From NCBI GenBank assembly GCA_965214775.1, contig OZ243974.1, positions 32,001 through 96,000 of the forward strand: a stretch of 64,000 nucleotides of DNA. Direction: 5' to 3'. The notes under the pieces are model-generated. The model searched no databases. It was not told where the DNA came from and saw nothing but the letters and a program-made list of their open reading frames with translations. This DNA comes from Nitrosopumilus sp. Lineage in GTDB: Archaea > Thermoproteota > Nitrososphaeria > Nitrososphaerales > Nitrosopumilaceae. Position numbers and translations under genes: made by a program. This document shows, one piece after another, positions 62,457-64,000 of this stretch (the first letter of the stretch is position 1; each line of letters opens with the position of its first letter).

Positions 62457-64000
62457 ATGAGCAAGCTGGATACCGGACTTTACAAAGCATGCAGTGAAAT
62501 TACTCAGAATTTGCTAACATTCTCAAAACCCAGCAGAAGGCAGGTAAAAGAAGAGATCAAAAAGATATGTGCAAAATACTCCCTAGAAAGAATTCCCAGA
62601 AACCACGAGATTTTATCAGTTGCAAAAGATTCAGACTTTGAACAGCTGCGCAAGGTATTGCTCAAAAAGCCTGCAAAAACCGCGTCAGGTGTTGCAGTAG
62701 TCGCATTAATGCCAAAACCATATGCGTGCCCGCATGGAAGATGCTCATATTGCCCCGGAGGAATTGAGTTTAACTCTCCAAACAGCTATACGGGAAACGA
62801 GCCATCTACAATAAACGCAATAGAAAACAAATACGATCCCAAATTACAAATCACGACAAAAATTGACAAGCTAGTTGCATTTGGCCATGACACATCAAAA
62901 ATGGAAATCGTCATTGTTGGTGGAACGTTTTTGTTTATGCCAAAAAGTTATCAAGAGAACTTTATCAAATCTTGCTATGACGCATTAAACGGAACAGGTT
63001 CAAGAACACTTCAAGAGGCAAAACAAAACAACGAGAGCGCTTCCATTAGAAATGTGGGGTTTACAATCGAGACCAAGCCGGACTATTGTAAAAAAAAGCA
63101 TGTTGACTGGATGCTAGATTATGGAATTACCCGAATTGAGATTGGAGTCCAGTCACTCCAAGAAAGAGTGTATGAAATTGTAAACAGAGGCCACAACTAC
63201 CAAGACGTGGTGGAATCATTTCAGATTTCAAAGGATGCAGGATACAAACTAGTGGCACATATGATGCCAGGGCTTCCCACGGTCACTCCCCAGGGCGACA
63301 TTGCAGATTTTAAGAAGCTGTTTTCTGATTCAGACCTCCGCCCAGACATGCTAAAGATCTATCCATCACTAGTAATTGAAAACACTCCGCTGTATGAAGA
63401 ATACAAACTTGGAAAGTACGTTCCGTATTCCAATGAAGACATGATCAAGGTTTTGACCCAGGTCAAAAAAGACATTCCAAAGTGGGTCAGAATCATGCGC
63501 GTTCAGCGTGAAATTTCCCCAAACGAAATCATTGCAGGACCCAAGGCAGGAAATCTCAGGCAAATTATACATCAAAATCTAGCAAAGCAGGGCCTGGCTT
63601 GCAAGTGCATCAGATGCAGAGAGGCAGGATTGGCCAAATCCAATCTAGAAGAAAAAGACATCAGGCTAACGCGAATCGGGTATGACTCATCAGGAGGAAA
63701 AGAGGTATTCCTGTCATTTGAGGATGACGATGAGTCAGTTTACGGGTTTTTGAGATTAAGAAAACCAGGCGCCGATGCACACAGAGATGAAGTCCAGGAC
63801 GCATGCATTGTAAGGGAGCTTCACGTTTATGGAAAGTCTCTGAGGATCGGAGAGAAGAACAAAGAGAATGAAATCCAACATTCAGGATTTGGCAAAAGAC
63901 TGATGAGCGAAGCTGAAAGGATTTCAAAAGAAGAGTTTGACGCAAAGAGGATTTTGGTGATTAGCGCAGTTGGAACAAGGAGATACTATCAGAAACTAGG
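62457..64000 (+). CDS. elp3: Elp3 radical SAM/GNAT tRNA uridine(34) acetyltransferase (runs off the window end)
   Basis: CPHGRCSYCPGG, ETKPDYC, IEIGVQS, LKIYP, VRELHVYG and ISAVGTRRYY motifs; missing from the ORF track because it has no stop in the window. Confidence 0.95.
   Translation, partial: MSKLDTGLYKACSEITQNLLTFSKPSRRQVKEEIKKICAKYSLERIPRNHEILSVAKDSDFEQLRKVLLKKPAKTASGVAVVALMPKPYACPHGRCSYCPGGIEFNSPNSYTGNEPSTINAIENKYDPKLQITTKIDKLVAFGHDTSKMEIVIVGGTFLFMPKSYQENFIKSCYDALNGTGSRTLQEAKQNNESASIRNVGFTIETKPDYCKKKHVDWMLDYGITRIEIGVQSLQERVYEIVNRGHNYQDVVESFQISKDAGYKLVAHMMPGLPTVTPQGDIADFKKLFSDSDLRPDMLKIYPSLVIENTPLYEEYKLGKYVPYSNEDMIKVLTQVKKDIPKWVRIMRVQREISPNEIIAGPKAGNLRQIIHQNLAKQGLACKCIRCREAGLAKSNLEEKDIRLTRIGYDSSGGKEVFLSFEDDDESVYGFLRLRKPGADAHRDEVQDACIVRELHVYGKSLRIGEKNKENEIQHSGFGKRLMSEAERISKEEFDAKRILVISAVGTRRYYQKL

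Noticed and set aside
61859-62464. Minus-strand repetitive ORFs (hydrophobic or Cys-rich)
   Set aside because: Alternative frames of the tandem repeat; the + strand ORF has the promoter context, a non-repetitive N-terminus and co-orientation with its neighbours.

Overview
Archaeal chromosomal DNA with gene content typical of Nitrosopumilaceae (ammonia-oxidising Thaumarchaeota): pgk, sufB-sufD-sufS-sufU, cofG/cofH, amt with PII proteins, purD, purM, a PAC2 chaperone, elp3 and a CFI-box-CTERM surface protein. Several features suggest a host-associated lineage such as a sponge symbiont (inference). There are four apparently complete IS elements (IS66, IS481, IS3, IS5-like), at least six families of short non-autonomous elements (MITEs, some nested), pseudogenes, and simple-sequence expansions inside conserved genes. 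A 14-kb, visibly GC-richer gene encodes a 4668-aa surface protein with six blocks of exactly seven repeats (probable beta-propellers) strung on Ig-like domains. The best candidate for an undescribed system is the nitrogen locus at 52.6-56.0 kb. It has amt divergent from a PII gene, an unannotated 31-aa membrane peptide, a degenerate PII domain fused to a ribbon-helix-helix-like tail, and a wHTH regulator with a palindromic operator candidate. I found no rRNA, tRNA or real CRISPR array. All family assignments come from recognising motifs by eye; no database search was run.
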